Positions 51,266 through 61,560 of a stretch of 64,000 bases of DNA are shown piece by piece; position 1 is the first letter of the stretch, and the number at the start of each line of letters is the position of its first letter. This DNA is from Eukaryota sp. TZLM1-RC (Eukaryota; Protista; Metamonada: BaSk clade). The position numbers and the translations under genes were made by a program. Location of the stretch: assembly GCA_040285825.1 (NCBI GenBank), contig JAUPSS010000001.1, forward strand, positions 2,976,001 to 3,040,000. The letters run 5' to 3'. The notes below the pieces were generated by a model. It saw only the letters and a program-made list of their open reading frames with translations, did no database searches and was not told the DNA's origin.

Positions 51266-51384
51266 AAAACAACTGTGACATGTCCGAGAGGACTTTGACA
51301 TCGGGTTATAGTACAAAAATGGATGCTGAATAGTTGTTTGATAGAATGTCTTTTAATTCAAGTTTTTGAATTATCGAAGATGCG

Positions 51385-51830
51385 AACTAATACTGATAGA
51401 AATAGACCACTTGTTTTTATTATTTTCCTATTTTCTATAAACGGAACAATATCAGTAGAAGCAGGAAATTTGTTTGAAAGATTTCCATAAATTGAAAAAC
51501 AGGAAATACAATGAGAAATTTGATATTTTTTCTATGGTGCCCTCGAATTCAATTCGCTATTTACTCATACATTTTGTTTGCTGACACAAAATGCTACCTT
51601 ACTGTTCTAGAAAGTATGATGTGATGTACCACGTCATGGATAGTTTATATTATGTTTGTTCCGTTATTATTTCAGTTTTCTTATTCCGTTTCATAAATTT
51701 CTCATTTTAATTCCTTATGAAGAACAGTGCATTAAAGCCAACAATTACCTCTATTCTCTCATAGAATGAGAGAAGCTTTGCAGATGATGATTTTGTGAAG
51801 GAAATGTTGGTTCATAAAATTTAGTACCAT
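51385..51830 (+). mobile_element. Fragmented family D retrotransposon 3' remnants
   Basis: 51385-51560 resembles 15055-15230 and 51755-51830 resembles 15250-15330. Confidence 0.55.
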
Positions 51831-51915
51831 CAATAATGAATTCATTTTATAAAAATTGTTGTAGTTCACTTAAAAGTTATTTTCACTTTCTGAATGAATC
51901 AATCATTTCAAATTT

Positions 51916-52632
51916 GGACTGTCCAAGCTTTCGTCCTGAACCTGGTTTCCTGCCAAAAACCAGTTTAAATTTCAGTCTGGTCAGTTCTTGGGTTTGGTTT
52001 CAGTTCAATTTTTGATTCTCTGATTTAGGTTCCGAACCAGAAAACCACCAATTTAGGAGTTAACAAAAATATTGAAATTGTTAATTAAATCAAAAGAAAA
52101 TTGAACATATATTGTTTGTTGTTTAGAGCTGAATACATTAAATACAAGAAATTTTATATTTCAACAACAAGAAACTCATCAAAATCTTGCAAATAATAAC
52201 AAAAACTGTGGAATCACAAAGTTAACCACCATTATATTATTTCAAAACCTTTTCCATGCCCTCAGATTCACAATAGCTTCAGTAGTTTCGCCAGTTTATG
52301 AGTTCTGACACCATCCTTCCTGTAGCAGAGACAACTTGTTTACAAGGAACCAAAGATGCTTGTATACTCAACACGTCCCGAGCAAGCGATGCTCAATGGG
52401 GAACAAATCAAGTGCATCGTGGTCCATAGGGAAAGGATATACTTTGATATTATCAATTATAATATAATTCAATAAATTGTCAACAATTGATCTTGCAGTG
52501 TGTCATTTTTTATTGAAACTGTGACTGGTGGTTTTCAGGTTCCAGCGTGGTTTTAGTACAGCAGCGTTTGGTTCAGTGCCGTTCAGGAAATTATTTTTGG
52601 TTTGGAACCAAAACACTGAACCTGGACAGCCT
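51916..52632. mobile_element. Putative non-autonomous hAT-like element (MITE)
   Basis: Imperfect TIRs ggactgtcca / tggacagcct, flanking direct repeat (t)tcaaatt at 51907-51914 and 52632-52639, and clustered subterminal ggttc/gaacc/tggttt motifs at both ends. Confidence 0.55.
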
Positions 52633-52667
52633 TCAAATTAACTTGCCATTTTTCGTGGTGTCAGCTG

Positions 52668-54886
52668 ATGTCCTTTTCATTCAGTACTGGACAGACTAAT
52701 CAAACAACAACTCCTAGTTTTTCCTTTTCAGGTCAACCAAGCACAACTCAGCCTGCTAGTACGTCAGCTTTTGGATCTACTACATCGCAACCTTTTGGAT
52801 CTACATCCCAAACAACTTCATCTCAACCTTCATCTTTATTTGGAGGTGGACAGACAAGTCAACCTACAACAACCCCCAGTTTTTCCTTTTCAGGCCAACC
52901 AAGCACAACTCAGCCTGCTAGTACATCAGCTTTTGGATCTACTACATCGCAACCTTTTGGATCTACATCCCAAACAACTTCATCTCAGCCTTCATCTTTA
53001 TTTGGAGGTGGACAGACAAGTCAACCTACAACAACCCCCAGTTTTTCCTTTTCAGGCCAACCAAGCACAACTCAGCCTGCTAGTACGTCAGCTTTTGGAT
53101 CTACTACATCGCAACCTTTTGGATCAGCAACACAACAGACGACCACACAGTACGCCACTCCTACCCAGGTTCTTCCCGCTTTTCATCCCTTCTCTGAATC
53201 CACCAAGTTTACCGATCTTCCCGCTGAACTCAAGGACCAATTATCCAAGTTACACCAACACATTCATCAACATCGCGTCATTACTCGGTCTATAACTGCG
53301 CCGGAAACTGCCAAAGAACTCAAAGACACTCGTCTTCTTGAAAAAGATGGGCCACTTTCCTCAATTCTCAATACCTCTCATACTCTTCTTCAACGTTATG
53401 TAGATGTAAGAAGGAAGGCGGATCGTTTATGGCAGACGGAACAGTGGTTGTCTTCTGATTTATCTGTTGTCCTTGGTAATTTCGATCTAATAAAACATCG
53501 TGTGTTACCCTCGTTTTCTTTTAAAATTTAACCTCAGAACAAACATGGAATGTTCAAATACCATCACCTCTGTTTGAGCGGCTGATTTCTGAGTTTGAGA
53601 GACAGATCTCCAATCTTCATGCTAGGACAAATAGCATTGCCATGGCCCTTACTCAGCCACGAGGTGCCCATCCAGAGGTACTAAAAGATTGCCTCCGCCT
53701 TCATCAGTGGTTTATTGTTAAATTGGGCAATAGAGTTACAGAGACTGATCAGTTCTTGAGTAGTAGGCTTAAACGAGCATTTCTGGAGTTTGTATCCAGA
53801 TATAAGCCAGCTATTGGAGAAGCTTTCTTTGATTCTATAGAGTCATTGGAAGCTGCCAAGTTAATGCTGTCCACAACGACTGCAGGTACTTCTGGAACGA
53901 CAACTACTACTGGAGCTACTCCGTCCTTTGCATTTGGTCAAAGTCAGCCATCAACAACGGCTGCAGGTACTTCTGGAACGACAACTACTACTGGAGCTAC
54001 TCCGTCCTTTGCATTTGGTCAAAGTCAGCCATCAACAACGGCTGCAGGTACTTCTGGAACGACAACTACTACTGGAGCTACTCCGTCCTTTGCATTTGGT
54101 CAAAGTCAGCCATCAACAACGGCTGCAGGTACTTCTGGAACGACAACTACTACTGGAGCTACTCCGTCCTTTGCATTTGGTCAAAGTCAGCCATCAACAA
54201 CGGCTGCAGGTACTTCTGGAACGACAACTACTACTGGAGCTACTCCGTCCTTTGCATTTGGTCAAAGTCAGCCATCAAAAACGGCTGCAGGTACTTCTGG
54301 AACGACAACTACTACTGGAGCTACTCCGTCCTTTTCATTTGGTCAAAGTCAACCATCAACAACGACTGCAGGTACTTCTGGAAAGACAACTACTACTGGA
54401 GCTACTCCGTCCTTTTCATTTGTTCAAAGTCAACCATCAACAACGACTGCAGGTACTTCTGGAACAACAAGTACTACTGGAGCTACTCCTTCCTTTTCAT
54501 TTGGTCAAAGTCAACCATCAACAACGACTGCAGGTACTTCTGGAACAACAAGTACTACTGGAGCTACTCCTTCCTTTTCATTTGGTCAAAGTCAACCATC
54601 AACAACGACTGCAGGTACTTCTGGAACAACAAGTACTACTGGAGCTACTCCTTCCTTTTCATTTGGTCAAAGTCAGCCATCAACAACGACTGCAGGTACT
54701 TCTGGAACGACAACTACTACTGGAGCTACTCCTTCCTTTTCATTTGGTCAAAGTCAGCCATCAACAACGGCTGCAGGTACTTCTGGAACAACAAGTACTA
54801 CTGGAGCTACTCCGTCCTTTTCATTTGGTCAAAGTCAACCATCAACAACAAGTGCTAGTTCACCCACCTTCTCTTTTAGTAAGTAA
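52668..54886 (+). CDS. NUP58: FG-repeat nucleoporin, Nup58/Nup49-like (about 726 aa, one 38-nt intron)
   Basis: N- and C-terminal FG/FxF repeats flank a helical core (KF.DLP; P.PLF..L..EFE..I; H.WF..L). Intron 53500-53537 (gtgtgt...ttaacctcag) joins the two ORFs in frame. Confidence 0.75.
52689..53125 (+). repeat. Coding tandem repeat, 159/162-bp unit, about 2.7 copies (N-terminal FG domain)
   Basis: Units start at 52689, 52848 and 53010. Confidence 0.9.
53873..54844 (+). repeat. Coding tandem repeat, 81-bp (27-aa) unit x12 (C-terminal FG domain)
   Basis: Unit TT(A/T)AGTSGTT(T/S)TTGATPSF(A/S)FGQSQPS is repeated 12 times. Confidence 0.95.
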
Positions 54887-55203
54887 TTATTTTTTGGCCT
54901 CATCTCTTGATTCCCCACTATTTTTATTTGTTCTTGTTTCAAACATTTCTGTCATTTAAAATAAATAATACATAGAAATGCATTAAAATAGTTCATTAAA
55001 TTTGTTTGTAAACAGTAAATCAACTAAATTTTCCGCAATCAGCAACTATAAAGTCAACTTTTTCTTTTGTCAAAGGGAAAGAAAGACAGAGGGCTAAACA
55101 TTGGCCCACAAACTCCACAAATGATGTTCAATGGTTCAAAACGCTTAATCTTTTTGAATCACTTACTGAAACTGTCCTAATTTGATACCTTATTTCCAGT
55201 TTA

Positions 55204-56052
55204 TTAATGATCTCAAACCCTTTCAATAATAATACAATGTTATGTTGTCAAATGTTTGTTTGTGTCGGCCTAAGAATATTAACTATAAATATTTATATTA
55301 TTTATTATATTTATATATATTATATCAAATCTTTTTCTACGAAGAATCAAATAAAACAAACTAAAACACATAAGAAACTAAATTCTCCACGCCAACTCTT
55401 GATGAATCCTTATAAAGTTTAGACATCATTAAACTCAAGTATTTGGGAACACTTCTGTACAAAGCGAAAATGATACGATTTTTCCATAAATTCTCTGCAA
55501 AATTCTTACCACTTGAACGACATAAATTACCAAAATCATTGATGAAATTCATGGCGGATTGTCCAATGTTGCCAAAAATCGAAAAGGCAAAAGGAACAAA
55601 CGAAAACTTCGAATAAAGGTTCTTATTTAAATCATTTAATATCTCAGTATATTTATCTCTCTTACGATCTTCAGCCTTGTTTAAATGACCATTAGTACTA
55701 AGTAAAACATCATCGCGATAAACCAAAGCAAAGGGATCAACTGTAGTGAAATCAACAACAACTTGAGAGGAATCCACAAAAGGAGCAATTAAATCACCTC
55801 GACGTGAATTAAAAAGATTATCATCACTATAATGCTTCAACAAAGGTTCTACTTTGCAACTAAAATTGTAACACTTGAACATCTCATATGTCACATCACG
55901 AACGGCATTATGAAGAACTGACCTATATTGGAGAAATTTCTTACAGCTCACAAAATTTATATTTATATTATTTAAATACCAAACAAAATTTAATATTGAA
56001 TGAATATTAACCGACAAACATGCATTATGTATCATATTATCGAGACCATTAA
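55204..56052. mobile_element. Putative ~180-bp MITE hosting a nested retrotransposon fragment
   Basis: TIR ttaatgatctc / gagaccattaa (10/11) plus further imperfect inverted similarity. Flanked by ttta at 55200-55203 and 56053-56056. Confidence 0.45.
55305..55958 (-). mobile_element. 5'-truncated CRE-like retrotransposon (family E), RLE domain
   Basis: RSVLHNAVRD, RRGDL, VDFTTVDP, AE..KRDKY, FVPFAFSIFG, WKNRI. 16-bp direct repeat atatttatattattta at 55289-55304 and 55959-55974. Confidence 0.85.
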
Positions 56053-56689
56053 TTTAGATGTAACTTTGTATTTCCACTTTCCTTCGCAATTAGTGGTTTG
56101 ACAGGAGAATTGTTGGTGACTTCATTGTTCTCCACAATGTCTTCTGAGCGAGGTAGTTTTCCTGGCCTCATTTTCTGGTCGGTCAATTGCCTTCTTTTCT
56201 TCTCAAAGAATTTCTGTCTGCGAATATAGTTTGAAGGCTGTCCAATAGATCTGTTGCTCTCCTGAACCTCGGTTACTTTGTCTGTTTGGACATCATTCGG
56301 CGATAACATCCTGTGGTATCAGACCTTTTTGTTTTAAAAATAAAGACGCTTGACTCTACATTGTATACTTTTTAAGGTTGTTCAAAAACAAGGTTTTTAA
56401 ATATGATTAAGTGTAGAAGACCTCTTTGTCAGTTTTGATAGAGTAGACACGTACATTGGTATTTGCTTCTAAGGAAACACCTCATCTACTATTTTCAAGG
56501 TCATGTTCCCAGTTAAGTAATTGTTTGAAAGAATGTGCTTCATAGTGGATGAAATACAACGATTTTTCCAAAAACAAATAATAATAAATAAAATAAATAA
56601 ATAAATAAAAAGAACAAATTGTCGAACTACAAAAACCCGAGAATAAAGAGAACGAAGAAGATTCTAATTATATTATATTTTTTCAACTG

Positions 56690-57180
56690 TCGTGATTTGA
56701 TTGTACCCTTTACTAACTCATCTCAGGCGGTTGTTGATTTTACTACCGTTGATCCTTGTGCAAAAGTGTACTTGTCTTCAGTTTTTAATGATGAAAATTC
56801 GCATCTGTGTCAGGCGGAGGCACGTAAGAATCAGTTGTATGATGAAGTAATGAGGAATTTTAATCAAAATTTATACTCTTCTTTTGTCTTCATTCCGTTT
56901 GCAATTTCGATTTTTGGATGTATTGGTAAGATATGTCAAAAGTTTCTTATTCTTTTGCCAAGTTATGTCTTGAACCTAACAGATTATTTACCATTTCCAT
57001 TTGGCGTAATAGAATCATCTTTGCTTTATTTCGAAGCTTTCCCAAATACTTGTCTCAGATATTCAAAAAGTTATATAGAAGTGTAAGGGTAGATGTAGAG
57101 AATTTTTCTTCTTATAAGTTCTAGCTTTTAGCTGTATGTTGTCCCTCTATAATAATAATAAATAAATAAATAAAAAGAAC
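56690..57180 (+). mobile_element. CRE-like retrotransposon 3' fragment (family E-related) with (TAAA)n tail
   Basis: RDL..VDFTTVDP, AEARK..Y, FIPFAISIFG, WRNRI; contains a frameshift. Confidence 0.8.
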
Positions 57181-57193
57181 AAATAATAATATT

Positions 57194-58758
57194 TTAGATC
57201 AAATCACTGCCAAAAGGACCTATTGGTTCATTAAGCTCAGAATAATCACAGGTTGCCATCAAAGTTTCATTACCAACTCCAAACTGGAAAAAGTCGTTTA
57301 TCCCAGAATAATAAAGCTTGTGATCAGAGGTAAAAATAAGGGAATAACGACCACCAGCAGCATATGAGATTGGTATAATTTGTTCAGACCAAATCCATAG
57401 CAATAACCACAAGCAGTGAGTGCCAATGTATGATGAACACCTACACTACAAGAAACAATGTTAGAGAAGAAGGGTAACTGGAAATTCTTTCTACCAGTAG
57501 CATGAGGAGGAAAATATCGGGAGAGAACACCAGGTGTTGGAGATGAGAATAAAGAAACCGAAGGTGCAACAGAGCCAATAAGATTGATTCGTTTTGTGCG
57601 AGACCAGAGAATTGTTTTTATAAATTGAAATTTATTTTGAAACGCTAAGAAAACATTAAACAAAAAACTAGAACTCAATATCCTCAATACACGCATCAAC
57701 ATCATCAAATCTTTTAAGCGCGCGATTTTCATACTCTATTCCTAATTGTCACAGTGCTTTGGTCAACATTTCTGGAATTGCTTTAAGAATACTAAAAACA
57801 ATTCTATTGCCAGATATTCCAATGTTACCAACAAGAGAAACAGCAAATGGAACCAACTGATACTTGACATGCTCAACACGTCCTAGCTGAGATAAGGGTT
57901 CATTGTACTTTTTGATTTTGCTCTTTTCAGCAAAGCAAAGTGGAGTTTCATCTCTTTTAGCAAAATCAATTGCTGAATCTTTACAAACATCAACAGTGAC
58001 AACATCAACAACTTTAATAACACCATCAGACGCAGGTGTAATTAAATCAGCACGGCGTTTCCCAAAAGTATTTTCATCTTCATTTTCAGTTGACAACCTT
58101 CGCACAAGTGGTTCAACAAAAGCTTCAATGTGATGACTTTTGCACATAGCGTATAGTTGGTCTCTAACAGCATCGTGAAAAACTGAGCGATATGTAATAT
58201 TAAATTTACAATTGAATAAATGATTCAGATTGATGAGCTGACCACAACGACAAATCAATTCATTTGGCACACTGTGTGGCCACAGAAAACACCTCATCCT
58301 GAAGGCAGTTGTCCATTGATGATCATTTAATAATAGACCATATACATTTGGAATCTGGGAAATAAGACAACTTGAGCTACTATCCTTGAGGTCAATTAAA
58401 AAGTTTGCAAAAACGGGATTCTTTTCTTTAGCCAAGCTAAGACGAACAGTGAAATCCAAGTCTTCAAAAACTTTTAATATCTTTTTCTGCAATTTAGCAT
58501 ATGCAAATTTCAAGGAAATCAAACTCCTGGGTGGAATTTCTTGAATATCAGAAGGAAAGCATTTGGACCATATGGGAGAATTGAGTTTCCTTTAGATATG
58601 TAGCGAATTCTGTGAAATGGTATAGATAAGGCAAGAAAATCGTGAAGAGTGAGGAAGAATACACCACCAAATCTATCCTCAAAACCAACAAAGAAACGTT
58701 CTTTGGACAAAGAAGTAACGTGGACTAATCTGTTGATGATGCTGAGAGCGTCTTTCAT
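57194..58758 (-). pseudogene. MJ1316-domain / RCC1-repeat fusion gene split by a retrotransposon
   Basis: Removing 57615-58575 plus one TSD copy gives in-frame MKDALSIINRL...FFVGFEDRFGG...IPFHRIRYISKGNSIL|WSRTKRIN (MJ1316-like), followed by RCC1 repeats. The RCC1 part has a deletion/frameshift. Confidence 0.75.
57615..58575 (-). mobile_element. 5'-truncated CRE-like retrotransposon (family A-related)
   Basis: CRCG...HLFNC, HDAVRD, RADL..VDV, AEKSK.KKY. 8-bp TSD gagaattg at 57607-57614 and 58576-58583. Confidence 0.9.
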
Positions 58759-58963
58759 GAGTTACATAGAGTTGAAATTCCAGAAAATTTTAAAGGATAC
58801 CTAGTTTATGAACCTAGTTTATGAAGTGAGGGGAAAGTGTGGGAATAGCGAAAACCTTCCAAAACCAAGTTGAGGGTTAAAAACCTCCCAGAACAGGCAA
58901 CAAGAAGTTGAAAATGGGGTGACAAGTGTAAGATTTGATAAATGAGCTGTTTATCCTCACTAT

Positions 58964-61406
58964 ATGACAGACACCCACTCTGTGTCACGTGTATTCACTT
59001 GGTCTTATGCACTTAACTCACTGCTCACCCCTGCAGCGGTGCAACAAATTCGAACTGACCTTCCTTTGGTCACCGAGATTTGCCATGAAGCTTCTTTATT
59101 GCTTCAATTTTTTCTTCTGCAATCTCAGAATTGTAATTTTATCAATAGAAAAGGGCTTTCTCCTTATTTTGCTTGTCGGGCTCGTCAATTGGCGTCTAAC
59201 GTGAAGACAAGTTTACCTAAAATTTGTTAATCCTGTACAAAAAACTTTATTCGTGCTCATTGTAGAGCGCTGGATAAAACAAATCTCTTTGCAAATAATA
59301 TTCTTTCACTTTTGCCAGATGAACCATTAGCCCAACCCGAGGAAGTAGTAGTTGATTCTGTTCTTGAATACCTCATCAATTTCAATTTGAATAATTCAAG
59401 AGAAAAATTCTTTTTATTAAATGCATGTAGGTTTATCTTGAATCTCCTTCAAAGATTTCCTATTACTGCCTCCCTACTGTCCTCACATGATAAAATCATC
59501 TTTTCATCAAAGGAAATTGGTGAGCTTTTTCTCTTCAATCTTAAGATTTCACAATACTTACTCACTTTCATTTCTCATATGCATTGCTGGAAGAAATTTA
59601 GAATAATACCTTTAGCTTCTTATAAAGGTTCTAAATTAATTCAGGTACCTTCACATGTTTTCCACTCTGTGAAAAAATTTCCACTTAATGCAAATTATCT
59701 TCCAAAAGAAAGTTTATCAGAAATACATGTCTGAAACGAATATTCAAACAATTTTCTTACCAAAAATTCAATATAAACAGAAAAAGTTTGAAAAATAGAT
59801 TTAAAAATTTTTTATTGAAAACTAATGGTAATGAACTGCTTTTGACCTTTGAAGGTAAAAATAATGACTCAGAAAGCACAAATGAGCTGGAGGAAGCACC
59901 GAAAAAGAAAAGAAGATCAAAAAATGAAATGAAAAGTGACCCTGATGCCAACAAAACCAGAGAAACACAGTTGAAGAGCACAAAAAAATGCCCCGTCGAA
60001 GACGTAGACATCCAGTCGAAATTTCACCTGAAAGGCCCCTTGTTGGTGTTGATCTGGGACAATCAAGATTATGTGGTTACTTCTTAAATGATTATCAATG
60101 TGGAGTTATCCCTTGTCCAACTGGCAGAAGAAACCAGTGTTCGGAATTTTGACCACGCGGTGGTGTATTTTTTAGCCTATAAAATGCTGTTACCTTCTGA
60201 CATTGTCAAATCATTATGAATAAAACATGTTTATTTCAACTAACAAATACTTAACCCATAACTCATCTATCGAACCAAAAAAGCATTTGAGATCGATCAT
60301 ATCATTCCTCCTCAATGTCCTCCGAAACATAAAGATTTCTGAAATAACAAGGATCGTATAGGACTTCCTCGTCCAGTGGATAATCTACTTCTTGGTCCTG
60401 CTCTGCAACTTCTACCTCTGCAACTTCCTCCATCTCTTCCATCATCTCTACTATTTCAGCATTCATCCATTTGGGGTATTCTTGACGATTGACCAGCAGT
60501 TTCTTCTTTAGTTTAATTAATTAATTAGTTTAATTAATTTAGTTTAAGTTGCAATAGATGAACACTAAGGACTTCACTGGTCATTCTATTTCGCCTTTGA
60601 TTGATTATGAAACCAAAAGCTTAGGGGAAATGCATTCAAAAACAGGGTGTTTTCTACCAGGCCATGGCATTTAGATGAAAGGAGAAGGGAATAATGAAAT
60701 GAAATTGACCACCAAGAAAACCACCATGGTGGCACCAACCACCACGTGGTCCACCTGGTGGTAAAATTGAACCACCTGGTGGTGTCCGAACACTGGAAGA
60801 AACATGACAAAACCTTCACCCAGTAAACACTCTCCCAACCAATATTCCGTTCAAAATATCAACCCATATTTGAACCATTGGAATTTGGTCAGGAGGAAAG
60901 TGTATTTGGAAAGTAATCGCCAAAAATGGAAAATAATTAAATTTGATAATCGAAGACGAAAAGAGAGACGGTTCAGAGAGACTCTCAACAAATTTCAAAG
61001 GCTGGCTGGACATCCTGATAAACTCTATCTTGCTGTGCGTTCTGCTAATTTCCCTTTTCATTGCCGAAAAGTCAATCGATATGGATCAGCAAGAGCTTTC
61101 AGAAAATGGTTGTGTTATCAAAAGGACGTGAAGCACTTGTCAACCAGTGAATTTAATACAAGCAAACTGTCAAGTTGTTGCATGGCCGAGAATATTCAAG
61201 CAGGATCATGGCAGATGCGTAATTGTACTGAGTGTCAAATAGTATATGACAGAGATATTTCCGCTGCAAAAAATATTCAAATTAAGAAGAAAGCGGAATT
61301 GTGGCCAGAAAGATACATTTGCCCAGATGCTCTGTTGAGGAGATTGAATAGGGGCCGTGAGCATACAGAAACAAAAACTTTTGAGACCGATCTACAAATG
61401 CCTTAG
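58964..61406 (+). pseudogene. Fanzor1-type RNA-guided endonuclease gene (TnpB/Cas12-like RuvC), disrupted; about 590 aa reconstructed
   Basis: N-terminal VTEICHEASLLL, F.IIP, LKTNG...L.F, RuvC-I VGVDLG (D 60051-60053), RuvC-II SEFNTSK (E 61149-61151), Zn-ribbon SSCC...CTEC, RuvC-III DRDISAAKNI (D 61254-61256). Lesions: TAA at 59228, frameshifts near 59700 and in the A7 run 59982-59988, and a hAT MITE insertion. Confidence 0.87.
60135..60795. mobile_element. Non-autonomous hAT element (661 bp) inserted in the Fanzor gene
   Basis: Perfect 11-bp TIRs cagtgttcgga (60135-60145) / tccgaacactg (60785-60795). 8-bp TSD gaagaaac at 60127-60134 and 60796-60803. Subterminal palindromic ccacctggtgg-type repeats. 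Confidence 0.93.
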
Positions 61407-61560
61407 TAGCATTTGGTAGATCCACTTAGATACATCAAGTCGCGAGGCTTTGTTCTGTGAAAGCAGTAGGTGTATTTAAGTGAGGTAGGCCATTGATGAA
61501 GATCATGATTGTCTTTGTCAAATGACGCTACATGTCTCTTACATCCTGTGAGTAGACATT
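61389..61560 (+). ncRNA. Putative Fanzor omegaRNA scaffold
   Basis: Hairpin 61389-61422 over the stop codon. 14-bp stem 61423-61436/61469-61482 with two G-U pairs encloses aagtc-GCGA-ggctt and ctgt-GAAA-gcag tetraloop hairpins. A further hairpin at 61532-61559. Ends uncertain. Confidence 0.7.

Noticed and set aside
52771-54959. Alternative-frame Leu/Gln-rich repeat ORFs, and a CRISPR-like look of the arrays
   Set aside because: They are off-frame readings of the FG-nucleoporin tandem repeats. Units are contiguous with no unique spacers.
56049-56309. 86-aa ORF between mobile-element fragments
   Set aside because: No recognisable motif. It cannot be distinguished from a gene remnant or chance ORF.
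59228-59230. In-frame TAA in the Fanzor as a sign of stop-codon reassignment
   Set aside because: Conserved genes here end in TAA, TAG and TGA and have no internal stops, so it is better explained as a nonsense mutation.
58824-61485. aagtgagg direct repeat as the Fanzor element TSD
   Set aside because: The right copy lies inside the main predicted RNA stem and no TIRs abut the repeats. It is not supportable without other copies.
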